64,000 nucleotides of DNA from an uncultured Piscirickettsiaceae bacterium (GCA_964344325.1 CAYFMX010000010.1:2332-66331), one strand, 5' to 3'. Shown: positions 1-9,616, counted from the first letter of the stretch. Numbers and translations: made by a program. The notes: generated by a model not told the origin, from the sequence alone.

Positions 1-852
1 CAACACGAAGAAGCAGAAGAAAAACTCCGCAAAGCAAAGAAATTCCAAGAAGAAAACTATGGAGAATTAATTGCAGAGTTATTCGAGCAACCGAAGGAAG
101 AACTAAAAACTGGAGCACGAAAAGATTCGCATCGTGCAATGTTATTAACCGTAGCAACGACGGCTCTTGCTATTTTTGTCGGAATTTTAGGGACGAAGTG
201 GTTCAACCCTGATATGAATGATGAATTTAGAGAACTTACCAAGCGAATTGAAGAATTGCCAAAATTGTCTACACAACCAGTTTCATCCAATATTCAAGTA
301 GTACATATAGGGGAAAAATTCACCGGTGAACGTTATCTGCGACTAGATCAGAACGGTAATCCAATAGAATCTTCCAGCTATGAGGAAAAACCATGGGATT
401 GTGTGCTAGATAAGAAAACTGGCCTGATGTGGGAAGTAAAGACTACAGATGGCTGGCTACGAGACCAATATCATGACTATACATGGTACAACCCGGATAT
501 GAGTTCTAATGGCGGGCATGCAGGGAGAGAGGAATATGATAAATGTCGCACTAATACTCCTTGCAATATAAGTGCTTATGCAATATCCGTAAACAAATCA
601 GGCGTGTGTGGAAAGAATGATTGGAGGATGCCAACAATTGATGAATTATGGAATTTATCAGATCGGAGTCACGTTACCCCAAAACTTGATGAGAATTATT
701 TTCCAAATACAGTTATTTTTGGGAAATATTGGTCTGCATCAGTTGATAAGGAATCCGTGTTGAAGGCATGGAGTATTCATTTTAATGGAGATGCTTATAA
801 TTCTTACAAAGCAAGCTCATATAAAGCACGACTTGTTCGCGATGGAGAATAA
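1..852 (+). CDS. DUF1566 (Lcl C-terminal-like) domain membrane-anchored protein, 5' partial; reading frame runs off the window start
   Basis: Frame 1 is open from nt 1. TM helix LLTVATTALAIFVGILG. C-terminal part matches the DUF1566 pattern (W..PT..EL..L, SIHFNGDAYNSYKASSYKARLVRDGE). Confidence 0.6.
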   Translation, partial: QHEEAEEKLRKAKKFQEENYGELIAELFEQPKEELKTGARKDSHRAMLLTVATTALAIFVGILGTKWFNPDMNDEFRELTKRIEELPKLSTQPVSSNIQVVHIGEKFTGERYLRLDQNGNPIESSSYEEKPWDCVLDKKTGLMWEVKTTDGWLRDQYHDYTWYNPDMSSNGGHAGREEYDKCRTNTPCNISAYAISVNKSGVCGKNDWRMPTIDELWNLSDRSHVTPKLDENYFPNTVIFGKYWSASVDKESVLKAWSIHFNGDAYNSYKASSYKARLVRDGE

Positions 853-868
853 TCAAGATACTAAGATT

Positions 869-1105
869 ATGACTACATATCTCCTCTCACTTCTCGCCCT
901 CCCAACCCTACTTGCTATTTGGATATTGTTCCAACTCTGGCTAAAAAAACACGACCCGGAGCAGTTTGACTACCACCCCGGCTGCGGTGCATGCTCCAGT
1001 GGCTCGTGCAACCCCCCAAACCTGAAAAATCTGGAAGAGATACAGCAGGCGACACAAACGGTACAATTCGCCCCATCCAAAAATGCAGGTGAGGAGAAAA
1101 CCTGA
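869..1105 (+). CDS. small Cys-rich membrane protein (FeoB-associated Cys-rich membrane protein-like)
   Basis: In-frame ATG at 869 inside the listed ORF. One N-terminal TM helix then a GCGACSSGSC cysteine cluster. Stop overlaps the mdh start. Confidence 0.35.
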   Translation: MTTYLLSLLALPTLLAIWILFQLWLKKHDPEQFDYHPGCGACSSGSCNPPNLKNLEEIQQATQTVQFAPSKNAGEEKT

Positions 1106-2046
1106 TGATGATGAAAAAACGGAAGATCGCGCTGATCGGTGGCGGACAGATCGGACTAGCACTGGCGTTGATGGCAACGCAACGGGAACTGGCCGGACTC
1201 GTTATTGTAGATTTGCCGCAACACATTGATGCAATCCGCGGAAAAGCCCTCGACATGGCAGCAATGTCCCCACACTTGGGAGTGGACGCAGACATCAAAG
1301 CTACCAGCGATTACGCGCAGATTGCAGGCTCCGACGTGATCATCGTCACTGCAGGTGTACCGCGCAAATCGGGGATGAGCCGCGATGATCTGTTGGAAAT
1401 CAACATGGGCATCATCCGCGATGTTGCCAAAAAAGTGAAACGACATGCGCCCGATGCATTTGTGATTCTCGCCACCAATCCGGTCGATGCAATGTGTCAG
1501 CTCTTCTATGAGAAATCAGGGCTGCCGAAAAATCGCGTGGTTGGTCTCTCTGGCGCACTGGACACCGGACGGTTCAAAACATTTCTGGCGATGGAAACTG
1601 GCTTTTCGACCAAAGATGTCTCTTGCATCGTGATGGGTGGACATGGCCCGACGATGATCCCGATCACCCGTACTGCCACCATTGGCGGCATCCCAATCAG
1701 TAATCTACTTTCCGCGAAGCAAATCGAAGAGATCGCGGAACGGACACGCCATGCGGGAACGGAAATTGTCAAATTGCTTCGTCAAGGGAGTGCATATATC
1801 AGTCCGGCGGCTTCCATTCTGGAGATGGCAGAAGCTTATCTCAACGACAAAAAACGGCTGATTGCTTCTTCTACCCTCTGCGAAGGGGAATTTGGCATCC
1901 AACGTCTTTTTATTGGCGTACCGTGCGTGATTGGCGCAGGCGGCGTCGAAAAAGTGATTGAGATGGAATTAACCAAAGAGGAGAAAAAACTGCTGGATTT
2001 GAATATCCAGTCGATTCAGGAAAATCTGGCGAAGATGAATTTGTGA
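1105..2046 (+). CDS. mdh: malate dehydrogenase (LDH-like, NAD-dependent)
   Basis: N-terminal Rossmann motif KIALIGGGQIGLALAL and LDH/MDH family conservation over the full length. 313 aa. Confidence 0.9.
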   Translation: MMMKKRKIALIGGGQIGLALALMATQRELAGLVIVDLPQHIDAIRGKALDMAAMSPHLGVDADIKATSDYAQIAGSDVIIVTAGVPRKSGMSRDDLLEINMGIIRDVAKKVKRHAPDAFVILATNPVDAMCQLFYEKSGLPKNRVVGLSGALDTGRFKTFLAMETGFSTKDVSCIVMGGHGPTMIPITRTATIGGIPISNLLSAKQIEEIAERTRHAGTEIVKLLRQGSAYISPAASILEMAEAYLNDKKRLIASSTLCEGEFGIQRLFIGVPCVIGAGGVEKVIEMELTKEEKKLLDLNIQSIQENLAKMNL

Positions 2047-2060
2047 AAATAAATCTCTAA

Positions 2061-2501
2061 TTAATCAGAAGTTAACTCTAGTGGCGACTGATTACGCATA
2101 AAATCAGCCACTTTATAAAGCGCATCACTAAGAAATTTTGCTGTTTCCTGATCTACAACCACCTCTTCAATCGCCTGATTCATGCAGGCCATCCACTGGT
2201 CGCGCTCTAGTTCACCGATTTTGAACGGCATGTGCCGCTGACGCAGGCGCGGATGGCCATATTTTTCGATATAGAGCTGTGGCCCGCCCATCCAACCGGA
2301 CAAAAACTCAAACAATTTTTCGCGCATCGGTGTCAAATCTGCCTCGTGCATATCCCGCAGTGGCGTTTTGAATTCTTCGCGCTCGTCCATCAGATCATAA
2401 AAACAGTTCGCCAGTTTGCGCACCACATCCTCGCCACCTACTTTTTCGTACAAAGTAACCGTCAGTGGCGCACCTGTTTGTGTTGGTTGAATCGGTTGCA
2501 T
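2061..2501 (-). CDS. glbO: group 2 truncated haemoglobin
   Basis: 146 aa. Motifs LYEKVGGEDVVRKLANCFYDLM and FLSGWMGGPQLYIEKYGHPRLRQRH are typical of trHbO. Confidence 0.75.
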   Translation of the reverse strand: MQPIQPTQTGAPLTVTLYEKVGGEDVVRKLANCFYDLMDEREEFKTPLRDMHEADLTPMREKLFEFLSGWMGGPQLYIEKYGHPRLRQRHMPFKIGELERDQWMACMNQAIEEVVVDQETAKFLSDALYKVADFMRNQSPLELTSD

Positions 2502-2582
2502 CAGCCCAAGATTCCCTTTGCGTTTCTTGTCTTTTTAGTTCTTTTCCAGATTTCTATTTTTGATCGGGATATAAAGAAGAAA

Positions 2583-3359
2583 TTACTGGAATTTCCCTTT
2601 TCCCTTTAGATAGACTTTGTAATTCTGGGTTGCGTTGTCCTTGGATTGCTCCAAACTGGAATCATGAAGAAATAATTCCATCCGTAAACGATCCCGCTTG
2701 GAACGCTCTGTTCCCAACGCTTCAGAAAAGGTGTACCAACTGTGCGCTTCTGTAAAAGAAAAGATATCTTCTTCGTAGATTTTTCCTATTTTCCGCGCTA
2801 ACTCACCACGATCAATACTGTCTGCAAAGGGTATGGAATTTAGCACTCGTTTCTCCAACCAGGAAACCGCTTTTTGTGCATCAGCTTCCACTGGCCCCCC
2901 TTTAATGAAAAGGCTTCCTAACTCTTCCTGCAAGGCAGCACGATGGGACATCGTAACAAACGGTTCAATTATCGCAAAAACGGGCTGTATTCTTGTATCT
3001 GAAACACCATTTTCCTGTGCCAAAGTCAACGTTAACAATGCACGCGAAATATCTCGCGGGATATGTCTGCCTTCCGCATAGAACCGCCCTAGCTCAAATT
3101 GAGCCTGAGAGTTGCCTTGTCCAGCGAGTTGCAGTAAATCCATCCTCCCCTGATTAATTCTCCCACTCCGAATGGCACTCAGACCGTCCCGAAGCATTTG
3201 CTCATCCGTCCGCTTCTTCTGAACAGGTTGTGGTGGCGCAGGTTCCACTGCTGCCGCAATCGGAATGACTGTAGAGGATATAAAAACAGAAGTAACGAAA
3301 GTTACTGTTAAAATAGTAACTGGTAACAAACGCAGAAAATATTGAGAGTATTGTTTCAT
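2583..3359 (-). CDS. Sel1-repeat (TPR-like) secreted protein
   Basis: N-terminal signal/TM segment. Sel1-like repeats (AQFELGRFYAEGRHIPRDISRAL, FIKGGPVEADAQKAVSWLEK). Confidence 0.6.
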   Translation of the reverse strand: MKQYSQYFLRLLPVTILTVTFVTSVFISSTVIPIAAAVEPAPPQPVQKKRTDEQMLRDGLSAIRSGRINQGRMDLLQLAGQGNSQAQFELGRFYAEGRHIPRDISRALLTLTLAQENGVSDTRIQPVFAIIEPFVTMSHRAALQEELGSLFIKGGPVEADAQKAVSWLEKRVLNSIPFADSIDRGELARKIGKIYEEDIFSFTEAHSWYTFSEALGTERSKRDRLRMELFLHDSSLEQSKDNATQNYKVYLKGKGKFQ

Positions 3360-3519
3360 AGAATAGAAATTAAGTGATAAAAATATTAAATGATAAAAAT
3401 TAAATTTTAAAAAAATTTGTTATTCCAAATTTAATTCGCGAGAAAAATACCCTGAAGAGTTTCAGAACAATTATTTATTTATAATCTCTTCATATTTTAG
3501 CCGAAAACTACAATGAGAA

Positions 3520-4095
3520 TCACATACCCGTCTTTTGGATTGCACCAAATACCTCTTCCAAACCTGGTTTTCCGTTGAAAATCTCTTCTTGCGTCAATCC
3601 GTCTAGTTCATGCGGAAAAACGAGCCAATCCTCGGTTTCATGTAGATAAAAATCAGGGATCAGATTGTTTTTCGTTCGGTTGTTTTTTGGTTTGAACCAC
3701 GGCGTGGCGATACGGATTTCCTGCGGCAATTTATTGTCCATCCGGTTTTTCAACGCATCCAGAATCGCCTCCAGACTACGCCCAGTATCAAACACATCAT
3801 CAACAATCAGCAACTGATCCGCCGGAACCGAATTGTCGATAATCTGATCCAGCCCAGAAACTTTAATATTGCTCTCTTGTTGCGCAATACCTGTATAGGA
3901 GATTGTCTGGATCGCCATATGCGCCATTTTTACGCCAAGATAATCGAGGATTTCATGCACTGCAATTGCCACTGACGTGCCGCCGCGCCAAACCCCCGCC
4001 AGCATCGTCGGTCGGAAACCACTATTAAAAATATCTGCACCAAGCTGGAATGAATCTAACAGCAAATCGTTGGCGGAGAGGTAGGTTTTATTCAC
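3520..4095 (-). CDS. phosphoribosyltransferase family protein (purine PRTase-like)
   Basis: PRPP-binding motif LLIVDDVFDTGRSLEAI and PRTase type-I fold signature VWRGGTSVA. Start overlaps the stop of the upstream ParE-like toxin (ATGA, 4 bp). Confidence 0.6.
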   Translation of the reverse strand: MNKTYLSANDLLLDSFQLGADIFNSGFRPTMLAGVWRGGTSVAIAVHEILDYLGVKMAHMAIQTISYTGIAQQESNIKVSGLDQIIDNSVPADQLLIVDDVFDTGRSLEAILDALKNRMDNKLPQEIRIATPWFKPKNNRTKNNLIPDFYLHETEDWLVFPHELDGLTQEEIFNGKPGLEEVFGAIQKTGM

Positions 4096-4397
4096 CGTGT
4101 GGTTCCTTTAAGGTAATTCTTCAGTTTCATTGCACCATGAAAGATACCTAAAACTTTAACCGCATCCGGTTGAACCAAATAGGCAATCCGATAATGTTCA
4201 TGCAGCAAAATACGAATTTCTCCTCCTGCTTCATCACCATATTTATAGCCAATTAACGGGAAATCTTCCAAAAGCTGCACTTTTTGATGAACTCCTTCGA
4301 CAATGCGATTTGCAGCATCAGGATTACGTTCAGCAATATAATTATGGATGTCATTTAACCATTCAATTGCTGATTCAGCCCAAATTATCTTTGCCAT
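4092..4397 (-). CDS. type II toxin-antitoxin system RelE/ParE family toxin
   Basis: 101 aa. ParE/RelE-like signature (IRILLHEHYRIAYLVQPDAVKVLGIFHGAMKL). Overlaps the upstream antitoxin gene by 13 bp. Confidence 0.75.
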   Translation of the reverse strand: MAKIIWAESAIEWLNDIHNYIAERNPDAANRIVEGVHQKVQLLEDFPLIGYKYGDEAGGEIRILLHEHYRIAYLVQPDAVKVLGIFHGAMKLKNYLKGTTR

Positions 4398-4570
4398 TCT
4401 CGAATTCTGAGCAGTACTTCTTCATGGGGAACTGTTCTACCGTTTTCCACATCTTCCAGCCCTCGCGCGATCATCTGCCCAAATGCTAGTTCTCTCAGAA
4501 TTTCCTCATAGGAGGCATCTTCCGGCTGTGCCTGAATTGTGGCACTCATCTGTTCTTTAATAGCAGACAT
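4385..4570 (-). CDS. putative addiction-module antitoxin (small acidic antidote protein)
   Basis: 61 aa, acidic, immediately upstream of and overlapping the ParE-like toxin. A paralogous pair occurs at 63265-63779. Confidence 0.6.
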   Translation of the reverse strand: MSAIKEQMSATIQAQPEDASYEEILRELAFGQMIARGLEDVENGRTVPHEEVLLRIREWQR

Positions 4571-4573
4571 AAA

Positions 4574-5218
4574 TCACGCCCCATACTGCTCACGGTATTT
4601 TTCGATATTGGCAAGATGCGTCTCCATCCCCGGCTTGCCTTGCAGATATTCGACCAAATCCGCCAAGCAAATAATATTCGCGACTTGCACACCATATTCC
4701 GCTTCCACCTCTTGGATTGCAGAGCGATTACCTTCCTTACCGCGCTCCTGACGATCCAGCGAAATCACCACACCGCCAAATTCGGCATTGTTTGCAGCAA
4801 TGATTTCAACCGATTCACGGATCGCGGTTCCAGCAGTGATGACATCGTCAATCACCAGAATTTTTCCTTTCAACGGCGCACCAACAATACTGCCGCCTTC
4901 GCCATGGTCTTTCGCCTCTTTGCGGTTGAAGGCAAACGGCACGTTGCGTTTGTGTTTTTCTGCCAACGCTGCCGCCGTCACTGCTGCCAATGGAATGCCC
5001 TTATAGGCTGGGCCAAAAAGCAGATCAAATTGGATGCCACTGTCAACAATCGCTTCCGCGTAATAGTTTCCGAGCCGCGCCAAGTGTGTGCCAGTGTTGA
5101 ACTGCCCTGCGTTGAAGAAATAGGGGCTGATGCGTCCTGATTTCAGCGTGAATTCGCCAAAACGCAGAACATTGGCTTCAATGGCAAATTCGATAAATTG
5201 GCGTTTGTACTCTTCCAT
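4574..5218 (-). CDS. pyrE: orotate phosphoribosyltransferase
   Basis: Full-length OPRTase similarity ([36 protein letters not shown]). Confidence 0.9.
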   Translation of the reverse strand: MEEYKRQFIEFAIEANVLRFGEFTLKSGRISPYFFNAGQFNTGTHLARLGNYYAEAIVDSGIQFDLLFGPAYKGIPLAAVTAAALAEKHKRNVPFAFNRKEAKDHGEGGSIVGAPLKGKILVIDDVITAGTAIRESVEIIAANNAEFGGVVISLDRQERGKEGNRSAIQEVEAEYGVQVANIICLADLVEYLQGKPGMETHLANIEKYREQYGA

Positions 5219-5265
5219 GTGGGCAGCTCCAAAAGTCAGAAATCAGTGATAAAAAGTGTACGGTA

Positions 5266-6000
5266 TCACACTTCGCCATGCAGATAGCGTTGCCGATCGT
5301 ATTCATCAAAGCGTTCAATCGCATAGCGCAACATCGTGCGCGGCATTTTTTTGTAGCAGGAGCCGGTTTGCAAAAACTTCTCCTCGCGTTGCTGGTCGCG
5401 TTTGCCCACTTCGCGTAACATCCAGCCAACCGCCTTGTGGATCAAATCTTCCTCATCTTTCAGCAACAATTTCGCAATTTTGAGCGTATCGCCGAACTGA
5501 TCCTGCTTGATGAAATGGTGTGTTGAGATAATTGAAATCCGCCGTTCCCATAGCGATTCTGATTTTGCCAGTTCGTGCAAAATTGCACGATCACGATCCT
5601 CCAGAAACGCACCGACGATGTGCGGTGCAGTGACGTCGACCAAATCCCAATTGTTGATCTGCGCCGTGTTGCGCAAATAGATGTCGAACATCTCCTGCTG
5701 CTGTTCCTCCGTCGCTTTGGGGAATCGCGCCACCATCAGCAACAAACCGAACAGGCGCACTTCATGATATTCCGACTGTAATAGCTTTTCAGAAACCGTT
5801 AGCGGCACATTTTGATATTGCTTCACCAGCTTGCGCAAAATTGGTACACGGATACCGAGGAATTTATCACCATGGCCATACTCGCCTTCGCCTGTCTTGA
5901 AAAAGCGTTGCGAATGCTCTGCTGTCGCTGAATTGGAAAGCATGTACAGATGATTGGTGATTTGTTGGGTAAAAAAAAGGGTGGAGTCGGAATTCATCAT
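5266..6000 (-). CDS. DNA alkylation repair enzyme (AlkC/AlkD-like HEAT-repeat glycosylase family)
   Basis: 244 aa. Pattern RFFKTGEGEYGHGDKFLGIRVP...NNWDLVD matches pfam08713-type proteins. Confidence 0.6.
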   Translation of the reverse strand: MMNSDSTLFFTQQITNHLYMLSNSATAEHSQRFFKTGEGEYGHGDKFLGIRVPILRKLVKQYQNVPLTVSEKLLQSEYHEVRLFGLLLMVARFPKATEEQQQEMFDIYLRNTAQINNWDLVDVTAPHIVGAFLEDRDRAILHELAKSESLWERRISIISTHHFIKQDQFGDTLKIAKLLLKDEEDLIHKAVGWMLREVGKRDQQREEKFLQTGSCYKKMPRTMLRYAIERFDEYDRQRYLHGEV

Positions 6001-6126
6001 GATTCTTGTACTTATTATTATTTTATTATTTTTATTGATTTGATTCGTTTTTTTTTATGAACGTACTGGTCATTTTCTGTAATTATAAACGTTCACACAC
6101 AACAGGACTTACGTGTCAGGCCTCGG

Positions 6127-6487
6127 TTATTCATAAATCTTCCCCATAAATAATTCCGTCCCCTCTTTTTCCCATTTCATGAGTGCCTGCGTAAGCGAGA
6201 CATGCCCCAGTGCCTCTGCGTGCGTCTGTTCACATTCATCCTTTCTGCCGCGTTTCGCGGTTTTTGACCAGAATAAAATCCCACGGCTGCATAAAATCGA
6301 CGCTCGGCGCATGGTATGCAGCAGTCAAAATACGCATCAACGTTTCATCGGGAAATTGTGCAGGAAAACTGAAGATTTGCTGGCAATTTACTCCAATTCT
6401 TCGTAATTTTCTGGAAAAAAACGCGGCGAGCAGATCGCCAGAAAGATCAAATCTACTTCGCCGGTATTGGTAATTCGCTGGCGGCAC
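6127..6487 (-). pseudogene. nitroreductase-family gene remnant, truncated and frameshifted
   Basis: The segment ETLMRILTAAYHAPSVDFMQPWDFILVKNRE matches the nitroreductase N-terminal FMN-binding consensus (AP S..N.QPW.F.VV). The frame terminates after about 80 aa and continues briefly in another frame, far too short for a functional enzyme. Confidence 0.35.
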
Positions 6488-6744
6488 ATTGGCGGAATGA
6501 GCACCACATCACCGACATTCACTGCCGTTGGCGGAAAATCGTCGATTTCTACGCTACCGGTTCCCTGCAAAATGTAATAGCGTTCTGTCGTTTCTTTCAG
6601 CCGATGCCAGCGCGTGGTGACACCCGGCTCGACCCGTGCGCGGGCGATGGAAACTTCCGGGTCATTTTCCGTGTTGGAAATTTCCGTGATGAAGCATTGT
6701 TCGGAAGTGAAAAACTCTTTTTTTGAAGAATCAGAAAAAAACAT
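6388..6744 (-). CDS. cupin-domain protein
   Basis: Cupin barrel motifs (VEPGVTTRWHRLKETTERYYILQGTGSVEI, GDVVLIPPMCRQRITNTGEVDLIFL). Likely start MFFSDSS just downstream of apaH. Confidence 0.6.
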   Translation of the reverse strand: MFFSDSSKKEFFTSEQCFITEISNTENDPEVSIARARVEPGVTTRWHRLKETTERYYILQGTGSVEIDDFPPTAVNVGDVVLIPPMCRQRITNTGEVDLIFLAICSPRFFPENYEELE

Positions 6745-6751
6745 TGCGCTT

Positions 6752-7585
6752 TTATTTGAATGAAAAATGCGATTTGCATTCCACCTGAAACCATTGCGGC
6801 TCTGGCAAATCAATCCGCAACGCTGTCAATTTTCCACCCCAAAGACAGCCAGTATCCAGCGCAAACACATTATTCTCTTCGCGGGAACTGAGTGTTGACC
6901 AATGTCCGAATACGATCCGCTCTTGCGCAGTTTTGCGTCCCGGAGTACGGAACCAAGGAACCAGTCCCTCCTCCTGCGTGCCAATATCGCCCTTGGGCTG
7001 CATATCAAATTTCCCCTCCGGCGTGCAAAAACGCAACCGCGTCAGACAGTTCGTGATATAGCGCAACCGTTTGATACCCGCCAACGATTTTTTCCACCGC
7101 TTCGGCTTGTTGCCATACATATCAGTGAGAAAAAATTCATACTCATCGCTACGTAATACCTCTTCCACCTCGGCAGCACGTTTTTTCGCCCCCTTGAGCG
7201 ACCACTGCGGCGGCACACCGGCGTGGATCATCGTAAATTGCAACTCTTCATCGTGATGGAGTAACGGACGCTGACGCAACCAAGCCGTTAACTCCTCATA
7301 ATCCTCTGCTTCCAAAATCGGCTGCAATGTGTCCGCCTTATGGAGATAACGCTCATCCCCGGCATGCATTGCCAACAAATGGAGATCATGGTTGCCGAGC
7401 ACCGCCACTGCTTGGTCGCCGAGCGATTTAACAAAACGAAGCGTTTCCAACGATTGCGGCCCACGGTTGATCAAATCACCCGCAAACCAGAGCACATCTT
7501 CCGCCGGATCGAAGCGAATATGCTCTAACAGACAATGTAGCTCATCCAGACACCCTTGCAGATCGCCAATTGCGTAAACCGCCAT
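6752..7585 (-). CDS. apaH: bis(5'-nucleosyl)-tetraphosphatase (symmetrical)
   Basis: MAVYAIGDLQGCLDEL...GDLINRGPQSLETL...LGNHDLHLL metallophosphatase motifs. 277 aa. Confidence 0.9.
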   Translation of the reverse strand: MAVYAIGDLQGCLDELHCLLEHIRFDPAEDVLWFAGDLINRGPQSLETLRFVKSLGDQAVAVLGNHDLHLLAMHAGDERYLHKADTLQPILEAEDYEELTAWLRQRPLLHHDEELQFTMIHAGVPPQWSLKGAKKRAAEVEEVLRSDEYEFFLTDMYGNKPKRWKKSLAGIKRLRYITNCLTRLRFCTPEGKFDMQPKGDIGTQEEGLVPWFRTPGRKTAQERIVFGHWSTLSSREENNVFALDTGCLWGGKLTALRIDLPEPQWFQVECKSHFSFK

Positions 7586-7721
7586 TTTTTCTTCCTATAA
7601 TGAATTTATGTCTGTTTTATCAAAATTTTCTAGCCACTTTAATGCACCGGATGGTTCAGTAATAAATCCATTCAAGTTTTGAGTCATGTATGCAAAGTTA
7701 ATCATATTAGGAGAGCCGGTT

Positions 7722-7781
7722 ATTAGAGCCTAACGCCGGGGCTCACTGGAGAGCGAGCGAATCCAGTGAAGCCCATTATTA
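7722..7781 (-). repeat. attC-like structured repeat downstream of ORF 7779-8126 (13-bp imperfect inverted repeat followed by GGCGTTAGGC)
   Basis: Minus strand reads GGGCTTCACTGGA-(11 nt)-TCCAGTGAGCCCC-GGC-GTTAGGC. GTTAGGC equals the integron core-site consensus GTTRRRY. Confidence 0.45.
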
Positions 7782-8126
7782 TGTTTTGACATTGTATTTT
7801 GTTGCCAATATTTCAAATTGCCCACAAGCATTAAAATTGAATTTATAATGCTTGTGATTCTCCTCTTTTGTAATAACCTTCTGTTTTAAATGCTCTGACA
7901 GCCATGATGAGTTAAGTATTTCATGGCATTCGTCATATCTTTCGCCTTCCATGAATTGTTCTATAGTTTGCCACTTATAAGCAGCAACTCCTTCAAACAC
8001 TATCGTTACTTCAATTTCTCGCCAATCTGTGAATGATAATGTCAATATATCATCTGACTGCTGTACCTCGGGATAATCTGCATCAGCGGTTGAAAAAGGA
8101 GTGTTTATTATTTTTGCGCTTTCCAT
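7779..8126 (-). CDS. hypothetical protein (cassette-like ORF 3)
   Basis: 115-aa ORF with no recognisable domain. AT-rich relative to flanks. Flanked by attC-like repeats. Confidence 0.45.
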   Translation of the reverse strand: MESAKIINTPFSTADADYPEVQQSDDILTLSFTDWREIEVTIVFEGVAAYKWQTIEQFMEGERYDECHEILNSSWLSEHLKQKVITKEENHKHYKFNFNACGQFEILATKYNVKT

Positions 8127-8232
8127 TTTCTTTCATTAAACATAACGCCACAATCACCGGCAAGCCAAGCAACTCTTGGCGAGTCCCTGCTGGCACTGCC
8201 AGCAACACAGGTGTATTGCTTTGTTAGCTGTA
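8127..8232 (-). repeat. attC-like structured repeat downstream of ORF 8233-8625
   Basis: Minus strand: AGCTAAC immediately after the stop codon, internal palindromes TGCTGGCA-G-TGCCAGCA and GCCAAG-AGTTG-CTTGGC, ending GGCGTTATGT about 20 nt before the next start codon. Confidence 0.4.
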
Positions 8233-8625
8233 TTAGCCATGTATAAAAAATATATCCGTTTCAATACCGTCATCGACCATTGGTACCTCAATAGATAGGA
8301 GGTCATTTAGCAATGAAACGAATTCGTTCTCTGACATAATTCTCTGAGATTTTGCACAGTACATAGCCCTCAGCTCTCCCGTAGAAACCGTGATTTTGTC
8401 GATGCTAAGAATTCCTCTTTCGTTTAATAACTCCGCTAAAGCCATTACATCATCAGACGGGGCATCTGATTCCCGCATCCACCAGACGAAGTCTTGAATT
8501 TCATCTGGGTTCCCAGTTTCATATATCACTCGCCCAGTGATCTTTTCCTCAGATTCCGAGACCCAGTGGATGTCTTCCGCTCCAAGTGCACTTAAAAATT
8601 GTTTTAGAAACTGCTTACGTCTCAT
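8233..8625 (-). CDS. hypothetical protein (cassette-like ORF 2)
   Basis: 130-aa ORF, no recognisable domain. Start lies 20 nt downstream of a GCG/TTAGCT junction. Confidence 0.45.
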   Translation of the reverse strand: MRRKQFLKQFLSALGAEDIHWVSESEEKITGRVIYETGNPDEIQDFVWWMRESDAPSDDVMALAELLNERGILSIDKITVSTGELRAMYCAKSQRIMSENEFVSLLNDLLSIEVPMVDDGIETDIFFIHG

Positions 8626-8639
8626 AGTTCATTCGGACA

Positions 8640-8746
8640 GCTAACGCTCAGGCTCAGGGGCATTACGCAGCGGAGCGAGGCTTGTGGCATTTAGCCACAA
8701 ATGAGCACCGCGGAGTAATGTCCCTTGAAGCCAATTGTTAGCTTGT
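8640..8746 (-). repeat. attC-like site: AGCTAAC ... GTTAGCT 7-bp inverted cores enclosing paired inverted repeats and a central palindrome
   Basis: Minus strand: AGCTAAC-AATTGGCTTCAA-GGGACATTAC-...-TGTGGCTAAATGCCACA-...-GTAATGCCCC-TGAGCCTGAGC-GTTAGCT. This follows the R''-L''...L'-R' architecture of integron attC sites, located directly 3' of ORF 8747-9616. Confidence 0.5.
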
Positions 8747-9616
8747 TTAATCCTCATCAAAAGATTTCAGTATCTTGATGAATTCTTCATTATCTTTAAT
8801 GCCGTTAAACCCAGGATCCACGCTGAATAAATCTTCAACTAGCAGGTCTTTTGATTTCAATACTTTAAGTAAAGAAATAGCCTCATCTTGTTTCCCTACC
8901 TGTGAATACACTCTAGCCAACTGATAACTTAGGTAATGATTGTAGTAACCGTCTTTCGTAATCTGCTTTGTGTCATACAAGAACTGAATTGCACCGTCCA
9001 TATTTCCGCTCGATAAATACAAATTCAACATCGAGTCATTTTGTATAAAGGCCTTTCTTTCTTGCGCAGCGTTATACGAAGAAACATACGTATATAAAAG
9101 AAGAGTTACGGAGGCGATAATACCGATCAAGAATAGTAATTTTATCCAAATAGGTGTTTTTTCAACATATTCGATTTGTTTTCCTACAACATCCTCACCA
9201 ACAACACTGAGTTCCACATCATCTTTTTCTATATTAGACAGTAAACTTGTAATCCTTAAATCAACACCCTGTGTAAAAACTGGAATTCTAATAACCTTTT
9301 CGCAAGTACTACTTCCATCTTCCACTGCATATGCCATTGCATCCACAGAGGTAACTACTTCAAATGACAAGAACTCAGACCTTTCGGGCGCTTTTATTAA
9401 GACCCTAATGTCTTTAGCACTTTTATTTCCATCATTTGCAATTATCCAGCTTTTCCCTAACTGCTGCTGCTTGGAAAGAGCTAAAGACGGCATAGGCTCC
9501 CAATATATCTTTGCCTTACGTGATTGAAGCCGCACGAGATAAAAAGCAAATCCGAACGTAATCAATCCACCTATAAACATAAATAGGACTTCTTTTAATA
9601 TGTTTATGTCAGTCAT
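8747..9616 (-). CDS. hypothetical membrane protein with C-terminal TPR-like region (cassette-like ORF 1)
   Basis: 289 aa. Two predicted TM helices (LFMFIGGLITFGFAFYLV; LLFLIGIIASVTLLLYTYV). C-terminal TPR-like helices (YYNHYLSYQLARVYSQVGKQDEAISLL). Confidence 0.5.
   Translation of the reverse strand: MTDINILKEVLFMFIGGLITFGFAFYLVRLQSRKAKIYWEPMPSLALSKQQQLGKSWIIANDGNKSAKDIRVLIKAPERSEFLSFEVVTSVDAMAYAVEDGSSTCEKVIRIPVFTQGVDLRITSLLSNIEKDDVELSVVGEDVVGKQIEYVEKTPIWIKLLFLIGIIASVTLLLYTYVSSYNAAQERKAFIQNDSMLNLYLSSGNMDGAIQFLYDTKQITKDGYYNHYLSYQLARVYSQVGKQDEAISLLKVLKSKDLLVEDLFSVDPGFNGIKDNEEFIKILKSFDED

Noticed and set aside
57-290. Minus-strand 77-aa ORF at the window start
   Set aside because: Antisense to the DUF1566 protein frame, which runs open from nt 1 with a clear TM helix and domain signature.
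7586-7721. 36-aa minus-strand micro-ORF between the last attC-like repeat and apaH
   Set aside because: No Shine-Dalgarno sequence (preceded by CTCCT) and no distinctive composition; likely non-coding leader of apaH.
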